Positions 17,653 to 27,765 of a stretch of DNA of 64,000 nt are shown here, one piece after another. Within the stretch, counting starts at the first letter, position 1, and every line of letters starts with the position of its first letter. A model generated the notes under the pieces. The model saw only the letters and a program-made list of their open reading frames with translations, did not search any database and was not told where the DNA came from. The DNA lies in contig CAVPTH010000009.1 of assembly GCA_963708525.1 (NCBI GenBank), forward strand, positions 94,648 to 158,647, written 5' to 3'. The position numbers and the translations under genes were made by a program. Source of the stretch: an uncultured Verrucomicrobiae bacterium (GTDB lineage Bacteria > Verrucomicrobiota > Verrucomicrobiia > Limisphaerales > UBA11358).

Positions 17653-18660
17653 TTAGGCGTTTGGCAATGAGGAGTCAAAGTTAAACCCGCATTTCCGATA
17701 GATTTCCCCAACAATACGCAACGAGGCCTTTGCCTCTTTTAATCCCGCATCCGGTTCCCGCTTCATTCGGATGTCCTGTTCAAATTCAGTCAGTTCCAGC
17801 TGCCACGATTCATCCGGCCCGGAAAATTCATAGACTTTGGTCTCGGGTGGTCCCATTTCCGGTTTCATCTGGTAATGATAAAGTTTCTCCAGGCCGTAAC
17901 TTCCGCCCAGACCTTCGACGTGGAGCTTGGCATTGCGACCGTAAATTTCAAACGAGAAAAGGTTCTTCCACTCCGTGCAACTGACGTGCAACCACGCGGT
18001 CTGGCCCCGGGCGGTGCGGAGGCTCACAAACGCATTGTCATCCACAGGCATCTTCCAAAAAAATGTCGCGGCATGTCCGTCCACGGTTGTGAACTCCCCC
18101 AAAAACCAGCCGGCCAAATTAATCAGGTGAATGCCTTGATCGATTAATTCGCCACCCCCGGATAATTTCGGATTGGCCCGCCATTCCTGATCGTAACCAA
18201 CACGCCCGCCATGACCGTAGCGTGCGCGCAGAAACATCAACTCACCCATCACCCCGGAGGAAAATATTTCCCACGCCTTGCGGAAAGCGGGATGAAAGCG
18301 ATGATTGAAGCCGATGCGGACACAAACGCCCCGCTGTTGCGCCAGCGCAATCAGTGCCTCCAGCTGGGAAACGGAAACGCCCGCCGGTTTTTCCACCAGC
18401 ACATGCTTGCCGGCACGAATCGCGGCAGCGGAAACTTCGGCGAGAGCGGAATTGATGGTGGCCACCACGACTGCGTCCACCTGCGGATCGGTGACGGCCT
18501 GATTGAAATCAGCCAGGGCGCGGCCGGTATTGGCGAGTTTCACCAGCTCTTCGGCGCGGGCCAGGTTGGTATCGCAGGCAATGGCCAGTTTTGAACCCGC
18601 GGGTAATCCAGCCAGCCGTTTTTTCCCGATCAGCCCACAACCGATGATGGCGTAATTCAT
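17653..18660 (-). CDS. Gfo/Idh/MocA-family NAD(P)-dependent oxidoreductase
   Basis: 335 aa. N-terminal Rossmann segment MNYAIIGCGLIGKKR, then EKP motif (VLVEKP). ATGA overlap with the downstream SDR gene. Confidence 0.85.
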   Translation of the reverse strand: MNYAIIGCGLIGKKRLAGLPAGSKLAIACDTNLARAEELVKLANTGRALADFNQAVTDPQVDAVVVATINSALAEVSAAAIRAGKHVLVEKPAGVSVSQLEALIALAQQRGVCVRIGFNHRFHPAFRKAWEIFSSGVMGELMFLRARYGHGGRVGYDQEWRANPKLSGGGELIDQGIHLINLAGWFLGEFTTVDGHAATFFWKMPVDDNAFVSLRTARGQTAWLHVSCTEWKNLFSFEIYGRNAKLHVEGLGGSYGLEKLYHYQMKPEMGPPETKVYEFSGPDESWQLELTEFEQDIRMKREPDAGLKEAKASLRIVGEIYRKCGFNFDSSLPNA

Positions 18661-19460
18661 TGGTCACTCCAATTTTTCCCCCGGTCGCCGGGCAGGATGC
18701 GGCGCAAGGTGTAAATGTCATTGTTCAAATCAGACTTGAATTCGGAAAGTTTTTCCCACGGATCCCATTGCGCGCTGATAAGTTTGCCACTGAGTTGATC
18801 ACTTTTCTCCGAGAGCAGAAATTCCACGAGGCCCAGCACCTTTCCCAGTTTGGCTGAATTGTCGCGGGATAATTTGCTGGCGGACGCAAATTCCTTTTGG
18901 CCGGCCCGTTTTTCGCCCTGCGCCAAAATTTGTTCGGTCATGCGCGTAAAAATGGCGCCGGGGGCGACGGCATTGATGTCCAGTGGCAATCCTTCCCATT
19001 CGGCCGCGAGGGTTTCGACAAGGCGGACGACACCGGTTTTGGCGACACCGTAAGCCGCAAAATTGGGGCGAGGACTGGTTGAACCGCCGCCGGAAAAGCA
19101 AATGACCTTGGCACGCCGCTGCGCACGCCGAAGCAACGGATAAAACGCGCGAATTGAGAAGAAAGTACCATCAAGATTCACCGACAAGGCCGACCGCCAG
19201 GCGGCGGGTTCAATTTCCATCGCCGGTCCAATGGGTTCCTGGATCCCTGCGCAACAGATCAACCCGTCAACTGCTTCCCATTTCGACGTGATGCCCGCCG
19301 CACACTGTTGCAGAGCATCCCAATTCGAAACGTCGCATTGAACACTGAACCCGTCTTGCGGTGAACGCGCAAGTTTGCAGATATGATGGCCCCTTTTCGC
19401 GAGCGACTCTGCCAGAAACCGGCCAATCCCGCTGCTGCTGCCGGTGACGACGAGGTTCAT
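18657..19460 (-). CDS. Short-chain dehydrogenase/reductase (SDR)
   Basis: Start taken at MNLVVTGSSSGIGRFLA (TGxxxGIG). It forms an ATGA overlap with the upstream epimerase stop. YGVAK (YxxxK) is present. Confidence 0.8.
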   Translation of the reverse strand: MNLVVTGSSSGIGRFLAESLAKRGHHICKLARSPQDGFSVQCDVSNWDALQQCAAGITSKWEAVDGLICCAGIQEPIGPAMEIEPAAWRSALSVNLDGTFFSIRAFYPLLRRAQRRAKVICFSGGGSTSPRPNFAAYGVAKTGVVRLVETLAAEWEGLPLDINAVAPGAIFTRMTEQILAQGEKRAGQKEFASASKLSRDNSAKLGKVLGLVEFLLSEKSDQLSGKLISAQWDPWEKLSEFKSDLNNDIYTLRRILPGDRGKNWSDQ

Positions 19461-20428
19461 CGGCGCTGGAGCACCCATTGGTTTTGTTGAAGCCATTGCA
19501 AAGTGCGCTCAACGCTTTGCTCGATAGTAAGCGTGGTTTTCCAACCGGTAGCGCGGATTTTTTTGGTGTCGAGAAAAATGAACGGGTTGTCGCCCACCCA
19601 GCCTTTGTTGCCGCCGGAATATTCCAGCCTGGGCTTGAGCCCCAGTGAATGGCAGATCATGCGGATGGAATCGTTGACCTGGACGTATTCATCCGTACCG
19701 AGATTGAAGATTTCGACGTGGTGTTTGGCCTTTTTCGCCGCGCCCTGGGCAATGACATGAAGCATCGCAGCCAGACAGTCAACCACATAGAGGTAGGACT
19801 TTCGCTGCGTACCGTCGCCGAGAACTTTTAAATGGTCGGGATGAGTGATCAATTGCTTATAGAAATCGAGGACGTGGCCGTGCGTATAACGTTCACCCAG
19901 AATTGAAACAAACCGGAAAATATAACCTTCAAAATGGTACCCCTCGCAATAGGCACTGATAAGACTTTCACCGGCGAGCTTCGAAGCCGCGTAAAGAGAC
20001 GTTTGGACGGGAAACGACGCATGTTCCGGTGTCGGGATCGTTTCAGCTTCGCCGTAAACCGAACCGGTGGAACTGAACGCGATGCGTTTAACGCCGTTGG
20101 CGCGCATGGCCTCCAGCACATTGAAGGTGGCGATGGTGTTTTGCTGCAAATCCCTGGACGGATGGTCGAGGCCAAAACGCACATCCGCATTGGCGGCGAG
20201 GTGAAACACAAAATCGCACCCGGCCATGGCTTTCGTCAACGCCGGCAAATCCAGGCAGTCCCCTTCAATGAGTTTGAATCGGGGGTTGCGCCGCGCACTT
20301 TGGAGAAATTCCGGCTGGCCGGTGGAGAAATTGTCCCAACCAACGATCATTTTACCGTCAGCTAAAAGCCGGTCAACGAGGTTGCTGCCAATGAACCCGC
20401 CCGCACCGGTGATAAAAACTCTTTCCAT
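19457..20428 (-). CDS. NAD-dependent nucleotide-sugar epimerase/dehydratase (extended SDR)
   Basis: Start at MERVFITGAGGFIGSNLVDRLL (GxxGxxG), with YAASKLAGE (YxxxK). Confidence 0.85.
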   Translation of the reverse strand: MERVFITGAGGFIGSNLVDRLLADGKMIVGWDNFSTGQPEFLQSARRNPRFKLIEGDCLDLPALTKAMAGCDFVFHLAANADVRFGLDHPSRDLQQNTIATFNVLEAMRANGVKRIAFSSTGSVYGEAETIPTPEHASFPVQTSLYAASKLAGESLISAYCEGYHFEGYIFRFVSILGERYTHGHVLDFYKQLITHPDHLKVLGDGTQRKSYLYVVDCLAAMLHVIAQGAAKKAKHHVEIFNLGTDEYVQVNDSIRMICHSLGLKPRLEYSGGNKGWVGDNPFIFLDTKKIRATGWKTTLTIEQSVERTLQWLQQNQWVLQRR

Positions 20429-20618
20429 GATCAGGTGAGCAGGCAGGATAGGCGGAATCATTCCGGTTTGCCAGCTTTTTCAAATCTACCACCCTTCCGA
20501 ATTTCCGGCTGAGGCTTTGTCAGATTGCAGACCCGGGCGGTAATTTCATTCATAATCGGCAACAGCCATAATTCCAGCTACAGTGAGTTTGACGCGTGGA
20601 AATAAGGTTGATTAGACC

Positions 20619-21446
20619 TCAAACCGCTTCACGTTTCCCGTTGGCAAATGGCCTCCGGTAAAATGCGGTACCCAGCGTCCCAAAATCTTCGATAATTTTC
20701 CCCAGACAGAAACCTTGTGATGTCAGAAAGGAATCCAGTTCCTTGAATGAAACCCTGTGGGTATGCCACTCGACAAAAATCGAATCAACCAGTTTAAGGA
20801 AATCCACTTCAGTCTGGAAGAATTCCAGTTCACTGCCCTCAATATCGATTTTCAACACATGACAACGTTGATTGCCCATTTTATGAGACCATTCACGGCC
20901 GAAGGAAAGGAAGGGAACCGTAATTTTCTTGAATCCCTTTATATCCATGGCCTGTCCTTCCTCCAATTGAGCCATCGAACAGGTATCCGCTTCATTTACA
21001 AAAAAATCCGCATTCCCACTCAGGCTGGCATTGCCGATCAATCCTTCCATCACGAATACGTCCGGCCAATGATTTGTCTGCACATGCCAACGGGCTTCCT
21101 TAAGAACGGCCGGATTCGCGTCCACCATAATCCCGCTGATTCGGCGCCCCTTTGCATGATAGGCCAATAAACAGGCAAAGAACCCCACGTTACAGCCCAG
21201 ATCTGCAAATGTGGAATATTTGTCAGGCAGCAAATTCACATCATACGCATCGCCTCCTTCGAGCATCTCCAGCGCCAGCGAAACACTTTCTGTCCGCCGG
21301 CACCGATAGATAACATCGCCATCACCCAGAAATTTCGTGCGCGGAAAATGTTCGAGCCAATGGTTGTAGAGCTTGTGAAAACGCAGGGTCCTGAACGTTT
21401 TGCGAAGAAGGTTTGACCTCGAAATGTTAATGATTCTCTTATTCAT
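20619..21446 (-). CDS. FkbM-family methyltransferase
   Basis: 275 aa with FADLGCNVGFFA and HVLKIDIEGSELEFF motifs. Confidence 0.8.
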   Translation of the reverse strand: MNKRIINISRSNLLRKTFRTLRFHKLYNHWLEHFPRTKFLGDGDVIYRCRRTESVSLALEMLEGGDAYDVNLLPDKYSTFADLGCNVGFFACLLAYHAKGRRISGIMVDANPAVLKEARWHVQTNHWPDVFVMEGLIGNASLSGNADFFVNEADTCSMAQLEEGQAMDIKGFKKITVPFLSFGREWSHKMGNQRCHVLKIDIEGSELEFFQTEVDFLKLVDSIFVEWHTHRVSFKELDSFLTSQGFCLGKIIEDFGTLGTAFYRRPFANGKREAV

Positions 21447-21792
21447 TCACTCGCGTAATTTCGTTACTGATACCCTGCCACGGCAGCCGGCTTTATGTGC
21501 TTGCTGCAAGGGAGATGGTTAACAAGAATTGACAAGACTATCCACAACATCACCAGATACCTTACGTTTACGTTCCTACAGCCATTTGTCAACCACTTTT
21601 AAAATGCCGGATTCAGGTTTGCGCCCATCGAGGTCGTGGCCAACTGCTCACCTGCTCCGCGGGGGATGGTTCTTGTTTTTCTCGCGTCTGCCGGTACAGT
21701 CGTCATAAATAGGTGTCCTGCAATTTCGCGATCTGCATACGGAGCAGCGATATCGCACTCCCCTTACGTGAATAAACTGAATATCGGCTGAC

Positions 21793-23073
21793 ATGAGAAA
21801 GAACTCAACCGAGTTTAAGGAACGCAAAACCAGCGGTTTGTTGCAGAGTGGCCTTATCTTCTCTGCTGTCAGTTTCGTGACGGGCATGGGTAATCTGGCC
21901 TTTCAAGGCGTCATGGGACATCACTTAAAAGGGATCGGCGAGTATGGTGTCGCCAACAGTGCCTTGGGTGGTCTGATGAACCTGCTGGCATTATTGCCTT
22001 CAGTCGCCACGTTTGCCGTCACGCACTACATCGCCCACTTCCAGGCCAGCGGCGACACAGCTCGGCTGCAGGGACTGCTTTTGGGTTGCCGTCAATTGTT
22101 GTTTCGCCTGACGATCGCCGGTTCGGTACTGGCCATCATTCTGGTGAGACCGTTGAGCGATTTTTTCCATTATTCCCAGAGCCTGACCCTGGTAACGCTT
22201 GGCTGCGCCCTGTTTGGACTGTGGGCCGCTCTGGCCACGGCTTTATGCCAGGGCCTCGCCTGGTTTAAACGGCTCGCGCTCATCGGCCTTTTGGCGATGG
22301 TCTTGCGGGTCGGATTTGGCTGGCTGGTTACCTTGAAATGGCCTTCGGCGGAAACGGCGGTACTAGCCTCGGGCTTCGCGTTACTGGCCAACCTGGCCCT
22401 GCTTTTCTGGAGAAGAGATTTATCGCTGCACGGCACGCCCGTCTCCCCTTGGAACCGTGAATTCGTTCAGTACTTGGCCGTGAGCGCTGCGTTCGTCATT
22501 GGGAATTTTTGTTTCTTTCAGAGCGACCAACTGGTCGCCAGAAAATTTTTCCCACCGGACGAACTCGACGCCTACATCGCGGCCGGCATTTTGGCGCGCG
22601 CCTTGCCGATGACGGTTGCGCCGTTGTTGTTGGTATTATTCACTTCGCGCTCGGGCGAGCGCGTGGGCGACAACCTGGCGGAACAACTTAAACTGGCTGC
22701 ATTGTCCGGCCTTGGCCTGGTGCTCGGGGCGATCGGTCTTTTTTTACTCCGGGCGTTTTGCCTCAAACTTCTGAACAGGTACACACCGGAAGCGGCCGCC
22801 ATGGTCGGCCAATTCGCCGCTATCATGGTGCTTGTTGGTCTGCTGCAATCGCTTGCCTACTGGGCACTCGCCAGTCGCTGGTTGAAAATTTCCATCCTCT
22901 ACGGCGCATTCGGAATCGGTTACTGGTTCATCTTACTCGCGGTCGGGAAGACCCCGGCCATGCTGCTACAAGCCATGCTGGCTGCTGCCGGTGCCGTATT
23001 CAGCATTTTGCTGGTCTCCTGGCTGGTTACAATGCAACGGCATCAATTGGTCCGCTCCGCAAAGCTGATTTGA
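21793..23073 (+). CDS. Polysaccharide/oligosaccharide flippase (Wzx / MOP-superfamily-like) membrane protein
   Basis: 426 aa with about 12 predicted hydrophobic segments. It lies at the head of a glycosyltransferase string. Family assignment is by architecture only. Confidence 0.6.
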   Translation: MRKNSTEFKERKTSGLLQSGLIFSAVSFVTGMGNLAFQGVMGHHLKGIGEYGVANSALGGLMNLLALLPSVATFAVTHYIAHFQASGDTARLQGLLLGCRQLLFRLTIAGSVLAIILVRPLSDFFHYSQSLTLVTLGCALFGLWAALATALCQGLAWFKRLALIGLLAMVLRVGFGWLVTLKWPSAETAVLASGFALLANLALLFWRRDLSLHGTPVSPWNREFVQYLAVSAAFVIGNFCFFQSDQLVARKFFPPDELDAYIAAGILARALPMTVAPLLLVLFTSRSGERVGDNLAEQLKLAALSGLGLVLGAIGLFLLRAFCLKLLNRYTPEAAAMVGQFAAIMVLVGLLQSLAYWALASRWLKISILYGAFGIGYWFILLAVGKTPAMLLQAMLAAAGAVFSILLVSWLVTMQRHQLVRSAKLI

Positions 23074-23104
23074 ATTCGTCACTGGTTTCGGTCAGACTCG
23101 TCCC

Positions 23105-24119
23105 ATGCCGTCCGGGCCGGAAAATCTGCCGCGCGTCAGTTTCATCATGCCGACACTTAACGTCGAAGCATTGCTGGAAAATGCCCTGTCGTCCATTACC
23201 CGCCAGACCTATGCCACGCGATCGATACGAGATACTGCTGGCGGACGCGCACTCGACTGACCGGACGCGTGAAATCGCCCGAAAATACGGCGCCATCGTC
23301 CTTGATGACGACGGCAAAAACATGGAAGAAGGCAAACGGCTCGCGCTCCGCCACGCCACCGGCGAATATATTGTGTTCATGGATGCCGACAATGAAATCA
23401 CCCATCCCGATTATGTTGAACTCGCCGTGAAGGCGTTGTCGACGAACCCACAGGCGCTGGGCGTGGAAAGTTATTATTTGCCATCGCCAAAGATGAGTTC
23501 GTTCTGTGTCTACCTGACCCATCTGCTTCACATCAGCGACCCGATTGCCTGGTTGATGTGCGCTAAACCACGACTGGTGGCGCGTGATGGCGAAATCGAG
23601 CGCTGGGCACTATCCGGCGATTCGTTGTCCTATCCCCTGGGTGCCAACGGTTTTGTCTTCCGACGTGAGGACCTGGGTTCCGTTAAAGCCGACGAACATT
23701 TCCAGGACACACACGCGGCGTTGCACCTCATGCGAGCCGGCAAACGCGAATGGCTCCGGATACACGGGCGCGGGGTACATCACTATTATGTCCAAACCTG
23801 GTGGGGATTCGTGCAAAAGCGCCGTCGCGCGACCGTACATTTCCTTCGCGTGCAGGAGGAAGCCAGGACAAATTGGATGAAGGAAAAGCCGCGGGTCCCG
23901 CTTTGGCTGGCGGCGGTTTATTGTGTCACCTTGATCGGCCCGCTCTGGCACACCGCACGGGGTTTAGTCCGCGACAGCGACTTATGCTGGCTCTGGCACG
24001 TACCCGCGTGCCTCGCGAGCGTCGGTGGCAATGCCTGGGGGATGTGGACTTACAAACGGCACGGGAACGAAAAAAAACTGATCGCCGAATTGCAGGTGAA
24101 ACAGAATTTGAAACCCTGA
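23105..24119 (+). CDS. Glycosyltransferase family 2 with C-terminal membrane segments; apparent 1-nt frameshift near 23211
   Basis: The frame from ATG 23105 gives the GT2 N-terminus PRVSFIMPTLNVEALLENALSSITRQTY and then stops. The frame of ORF 22758-24119 continues PRDRYEILLADAHSTDRTREIA...FMDADN. An alternative intact start is ATG 23211. Confidence 0.75.
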
Positions 24120-24132
24120 CGACAGTCTTTCC

Positions 24133-25368
24133 GTGAACACTTCGTCACCCATTAACTCTGCCGCGACAACGGGTCACCCGCGTCTGGTTTGCTTCGGGAA
24201 TGGCATCTTTGGCGAAGGCGTCGGCGGCGGAGACGTTTATTTTTATTACATGGCGCGCGCCGCAGGGGAGGCCGGTTACCCCATTCACTTTTTCGGGGGA
24301 CACGCTTTCAGAAATTATCTGGAAAAGCAAAACCTGCCACTCAATCTGACGCTGACTGATTCTGGACCAGGCAATCTCGGTGATGTGAACACATTGTCCG
24401 GACAATTTCGTTTGTTGCGGGATTTCGGGCGCAGGTTGCGGGCTACGTTGCCACAATTGAACGAAGTCAAGCCAGACGACATCGCTTATACGATTTCCGA
24501 TTACTGGTTTGACACCATTCCGTTGATTCGCTGCCGGGCGCGCGCGAAAATCATGTATCTGGGCATGACCGCGCCGACCTTTGGTCAAATTCTGTCTCGA
24601 CGGCGGGCGGACGTGACTTCACTCCGGCTGCCCTCATTGTATTACTGGATGAGCCAGCAACTCTCTCTGAGGTGGTTCCGACGTTGTCAGGGCGGCATCG
24701 TCACCTACAGTCATCCGCAGATCCGGGAATATGCGCTGAAATTCGGCTATCAGGAATCGGATTTGTGGTATGTGCCGAATGGCAGTGACGTGGCCATCGC
24801 TGAGGGTGTGCCGGAACAACCCAAGAAATTTGATCTGGCATGGACCGGCCGCGTGCATCCGCAAAAAGGCATTGACGATCTGTTAGCCACGCTGGTCTGG
24901 CTGAAGCAACGACTGCCGGATTTTCGCGCGGTCATCATCGGCAAGAGCAGGGACAAGCTTGAACCGGTGATCCGGGCCGCCGGCCTGGGTGAAAACGTGT
25001 TTTTTAGCGGACTTGTTTCCGAAACGGAAAAATTCCGATTGCTCAAAAGCAGCCGTGTGTTTGTCATACCAAGTCATTACGAAAGCTGGGGTATTGTTGT
25101 CGGGGAAGCGCTGGTTTCCGGTGTGCCGGTCGTGGGATACAGACTGGCGTGCTATCCGCAGGTGTTTGGCGACTTTGTGCGTTATGTGCCGCCATTCGAC
25201 CAGGAACAACTTCAACGGATGGTCGAGGAGGAAGTCCGGAACCAACGCGCGGGACGAAACTACCTTGCGCGCATGGACCTGGCAGACCTGAAACAACGCT
25301 TGAGCTGGCGAACGGCACAACAAAACTTCTGCAAAGTTCTGAGCCACGTAGAAGGCCTAAAATATTAA
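24133..25368 (+). CDS. Glycosyltransferase family 4 (GT-B, group 1)
   Basis: 411 aa, GTG start. The C-terminal half has GRVHPQKGIDDL...FVIPSHYESWGIVVGEALVSGVPVV (the E-x7-E region). Confidence 0.85.
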   Translation: MNTSSPINSAATTGHPRLVCFGNGIFGEGVGGGDVYFYYMARAAGEAGYPIHFFGGHAFRNYLEKQNLPLNLTLTDSGPGNLGDVNTLSGQFRLLRDFGRRLRATLPQLNEVKPDDIAYTISDYWFDTIPLIRCRARAKIMYLGMTAPTFGQILSRRRADVTSLRLPSLYYWMSQQLSLRWFRRCQGGIVTYSHPQIREYALKFGYQESDLWYVPNGSDVAIAEGVPEQPKKFDLAWTGRVHPQKGIDDLLATLVWLKQRLPDFRAVIIGKSRDKLEPVIRAAGLGENVFFSGLVSETEKFRLLKSSRVFVIPSHYESWGIVVGEALVSGVPVVGYRLACYPQVFGDFVRYVPPFDQEQLQRMVEEEVRNQRAGRNYLARMDLADLKQRLSWRTAQQNFCKVLSHVEGLKY

Positions 25369-25586
25369 GGCTCTGCAATCCGCGAAAAAGCAGCCGCCTG
25401 AAGCGGGTTTACTCCGGCACGACTTACACACTGAAAAGTAGATTGTTTTTGGTCCCTTTCAGGCCTTTGGCAGAATGAGGCAGGATGACGCGATCAGGTG
25501 ATTTCAATGGATTCGTCTCCGAGATAGAACTTTTCTGCGGTCATTTCGTTGTGACGGACCACCGGGAAGCAGGAAATGCCGGCGAT

Positions 25587-26351
25587 TTACCCTACGACCG
25601 GCAAGGGTTTCAATATGACGGCTAGATCCCGCCCCGCCCAGTATCCCAGACGTGCAATGGGACCCTTATTCTGCTTCCACCACCCAACGGTTCTAAACCC
25701 GCAGTATCGGGTCAGGTCGCGCAATCCTCGCGGCGTGAAATCACGAATGTGGCCGGACGGTTTATATCCTTCCAGCCGGGTTTGCAGAATAGCCGGCCAG
25801 AACCCATAGGTAATTTTTTCGGTGCCAAGCTCCGATCCAAGCGGCTGGCCTGCAAATAAGAACAGCAGGCGGTTCACCCAGGCTGCCGCGTTGGGCACAC
25901 TGATGATACAGATGCCTTCCGGGCGCAACACCCGGTGAAATTCCCGGATCAACTTTTCCGTCTCAAAAATGTGTTCCAAGACCTGGTTACAACTCAGGAA
26001 ATCAAAACTTCCGTTCGGAAACGGCAGGTCTGTCCCATCAAGATTCTGTTGGCAAAATCGAAAATTCTCATCGATTTCTTTGAAATGATCACCGGGGCTG
26101 CGCATGAGATCGATGCCGGACGCTTGAATATTTTGAATTTCGCATCGTTTCCGCAAACCTGTCGCGAAATCTCGCAGGAACAACCCCTTCCCACAACCCA
26201 CATCCAGCATCTGAAGGGGCTTATCCCGATAAGCTCTCGCCCATTCAGCAATGATACTTTTAGACAGGAGCGATTTTATATGATATTCACCCGCGGAGTA
26301 AACTTGATCTTGTGTGTGAAGTTTTTGGTAGAATGATTCTACGTTAATCAT
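25587..26351 (-). CDS. Class I SAM-dependent methyltransferase
   Basis: 254 aa. Motif I is LDVGCGKGLF, with downstream FDFLSCNQVLEHI. Confidence 0.8.
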   Translation of the reverse strand: MINVESFYQKLHTQDQVYSAGEYHIKSLLSKSIIAEWARAYRDKPLQMLDVGCGKGLFLRDFATGLRKRCEIQNIQASGIDLMRSPGDHFKEIDENFRFCQQNLDGTDLPFPNGSFDFLSCNQVLEHIFETEKLIREFHRVLRPEGICIISVPNAAAWVNRLLFLFAGQPLGSELGTEKITYGFWPAILQTRLEGYKPSGHIRDFTPRGLRDLTRYCGFRTVGWWKQNKGPIARLGYWAGRDLAVILKPLPVVG

Positions 26352-26440
26352 AAGTCATCAACCGCGCGATTATTTCACCAGCCGCGGCCTGAAGCAAGAA
26401 AGCTTTCCTTCGGCAGTTTGGTCAATGATGATTTCTGCGC

Positions 26441-27490
26441 ATGACGACAAACGAAAGCAAAGTGTTGGTCAGCGTCATCATAGTAAATTACAACGCGCAA
26501 ATTTGGCTGCGCCGTTGTTTCGAGTCGCTGGCCGCGCAGACGATCTTCCCCAGGATCCAGGTCATCGTCACCGACAATCTTTCCAGCGATGGATCGGATC
26601 AAACGGCACAGGAACTCATGGTTGGCTGGAAGGATTCTGTGTTCATCCAGAACGGCGAAAATCTGGGCTTCGGTCGCGCCGTCAATCGCGCGGCCAAGCA
26701 CGCATCAGGGAAATATCTATTTCTTCTCAATGCGGATGTCTGGTTGGAGCGCGATTGCCTCGAACAACTCGTGGCCGCTGCCGAACGCGGGCAGGCTGCT
26801 GTTGCCGGCATTTTGGTGCTGAATTATGATGATGATTCATTTCAAAGCAATGGTGCCAGCGGTTTCGATATTTGTGGCCTTTGCGTAAGGCCACAGCAAG
26901 GAACAAACCCGGAGGAATTGTTTGCCGCCAACGGCTTTAATTTCATACGCAAGGATGTGTTTTATGAAATTGGCGAAGAGGACGGATCCTTTTTTCTTTA
27001 CAACGAAGAGGTCGACCTTTCATGGCGTGTGTGGATCGCCGGACATCGAATCGTTTATGCGCCGGCAGCCCGAATTCATCATCGAGGCGCGGCGTCAATC
27101 AATCCCAAAGGCGGCACCAGGATGGTCGAACTGCGTACCAGCGACACCAAACGATTTTACAGCAATCGCAACCACCTGCTCTGTTGGTTGAAAAACTCCC
27201 AGCACATCCTTCTGTTGTTTCTGGTTCCCGCGATATTGTTTCTAACCTTAGAAGGACTTGCCGGTGCAATCTGGTCCAGGCGTTGGGCTTTCTTCCGACG
27301 GACGTGCTGGGACGCCTTCGCCGACTGCTGGCGGTTGCGCACGCATATCCTTTCATCCCGCCTGCGTGTCAGTGCCTTCCGACAGCACAGCGATTTCTGG
27401 ATGTTACGCTTCTTCTCGTTCCGACTCAGTCGATGGGATGAAATCAGAAACATACTCAAGCTCGGGTTACCCAAGGTGGATGTGCGATAA
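26441..27490 (+). CDS. Glycosyltransferase family 2
   Basis: 349 aa with VSVIIVNYNAQIWLRRCFESLAAQT, VTDNLSSDGS and LLNADV (DxD-like). Confidence 0.85.
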   Translation: MTTNESKVLVSVIIVNYNAQIWLRRCFESLAAQTIFPRIQVIVTDNLSSDGSDQTAQELMVGWKDSVFIQNGENLGFGRAVNRAAKHASGKYLFLLNADVWLERDCLEQLVAAAERGQAAVAGILVLNYDDDSFQSNGASGFDICGLCVRPQQGTNPEELFAANGFNFIRKDVFYEIGEEDGSFFLYNEEVDLSWRVWIAGHRIVYAPAARIHHRGAASINPKGGTRMVELRTSDTKRFYSNRNHLLCWLKNSQHILLLFLVPAILFLTLEGLAGAIWSRRWAFFRRTCWDAFADCWRLRTHILSSRLRVSAFRQHSDFWMLRFFSFRLSRWDEIRNILKLGLPKVDVR

Positions 27491-27765
27491 CCAACACTTC
27501 AACTCCGCCTGGAAGAAGCAATAATTCAAGGAACAACAAAGGGATATTTCATTTATGGGCAATCACTTGGAGATCTTGTTTCTCAGGAGGCCCAAGCCTA
27601 TGAGCAACACTTCAGGCTGAGCTGCACTGATGAGATCCTTCTTGACAAATATACTTTACTTCCCCAAAATTCTGGTCAGTCGTCCCGTTTGGGAGAACAC
27701 GTAAAGCTTGCTGTATTAGTTTCCGAAGCATCCGGAACACTGGCCACTAAAATAAAAGGAATAGT

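Noticed and set aside
21447-21792. A 345-bp divergent intergenic region (FkbM methyltransferase / flippase), examined for a small gene, sRNA or riboswitch. It includes track ORF 21648-21887.
   Set aside because: The 79-aa ORF has no coding-like composition and overlaps the flippase start. Only weak short palindromes were found (CGATATCG, CTGCC..GGCAG), with nothing I could support.
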